A stretch of 64,000 nucleotides of DNA, taken from a virus. Its lineage: Duplodnaviria > Caudoviricetes. Shown in pieces: positions 63,705-64,000 of the stretch; position 1 is the first letter of the stretch; each line of letters starts with the position of its first letter. Made by a program: the position numbers and the translations under genes. The DNA lies in the IMG/VR virus record IMGVR_UViG_3300014205_000021, positions 3,207 through 67,206 of that record; one strand, 5' to 3'. The notes beneath the pieces are model-generated. The model had not been told where the DNA came from. It saw only the letters and a list, made by a program, of their open reading frames with translations, and did not search any database.

Positions 63705-64000
63705 TTACCTCGCGACGCGCGCGGGCGACTGCCCGTAACGCTGCATGGCCGCGTCGCCGCGACCGCTAGAGAAATACTTCCCGATGGTCACATAGATCAG
63801 TTCTTCGCCATCCGGGCCCTGTGCGGTTCGCTGGCTGCTCTCCTGGCCGGAATAGTTCTGCACAATGACGGTCGATTTCCTTTCCGAGCGCGATCCACGC
63901 GCAGCCGCGACTTGAGCACGCGAGCTGACGACTTCACCAGTCTGCAAGACCGCGAGCCTCTCGTCCGCCGCGAGCCCGGTGCCGTTATGAAAGCGCGGCA
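63705..64000 (-). CDS. Tape measure protein, C-terminal end (begins outside the window)
   Basis: PRFHNGTGLAADERLAVLQTGEVV...TVIVQNYS; directly upstream of the distal tail gene. Confidence 0.75.
   Translation of the reverse strand, partial: PRFHNGTGLAADERLAVLQTGEVVSSRAQVAAARGSRSERKSTVIVQNYSGQESSQRTAQGPDGEELIYVTIGKYFSSGRGDAAMQRYGQSPARVAR

Overview
The whole window is a GC-rich tailed dsDNA phage (siphovirus-like), most likely infecting an alphaproteobacterium of the Rhizobiales. No host chromosomal genes, integrase, DNA polymerase, tRNA or CRISPR array were seen. It starts inside the tail-tube gene and ends inside the tape-measure gene, both on the minus strand, so it is probably a nearly complete circularly permuted genome. 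Layout: minus-strand packaging, head and neck genes (1-17.1 kb); a short plus-strand operon (17.3-18.2 kb); minus-strand DNA methyltransferases, a second virion-like module, many small accessory genes and a primase-helicase (18.2-44.7 kb); a plus-strand recombination operon ending in an outer-membrane protein (45.1-54.8 kb); minus-strand lysis and tail-tip genes (55-64 kb). Main hypotheses: (1) a virion protein-glycosylation system, made of four different glycosyltransferase-like genes between the capsid and neck genes plus a TPR-glycosyltransferase and a SAM methyltransferase next to a giant Ser/Thr-rich 18-residue-repeat fibre; (2) an 'armed prohead', with an Acb1-like 2H phosphodiesterase fused to the prohead protease and a ParB/Srx-like domain fused to the portal; (3) unusual cis-elements, including a ~220-bp imperfect palindrome, a recurring AACCGATG(GAGA) leader motif and two GGGACA-box clusters; (4) a C5 methyltransferase with a nested alternative-frame gene and a +1 frameshift. 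All family assignments come from motif recognition by eye; no searches were run.
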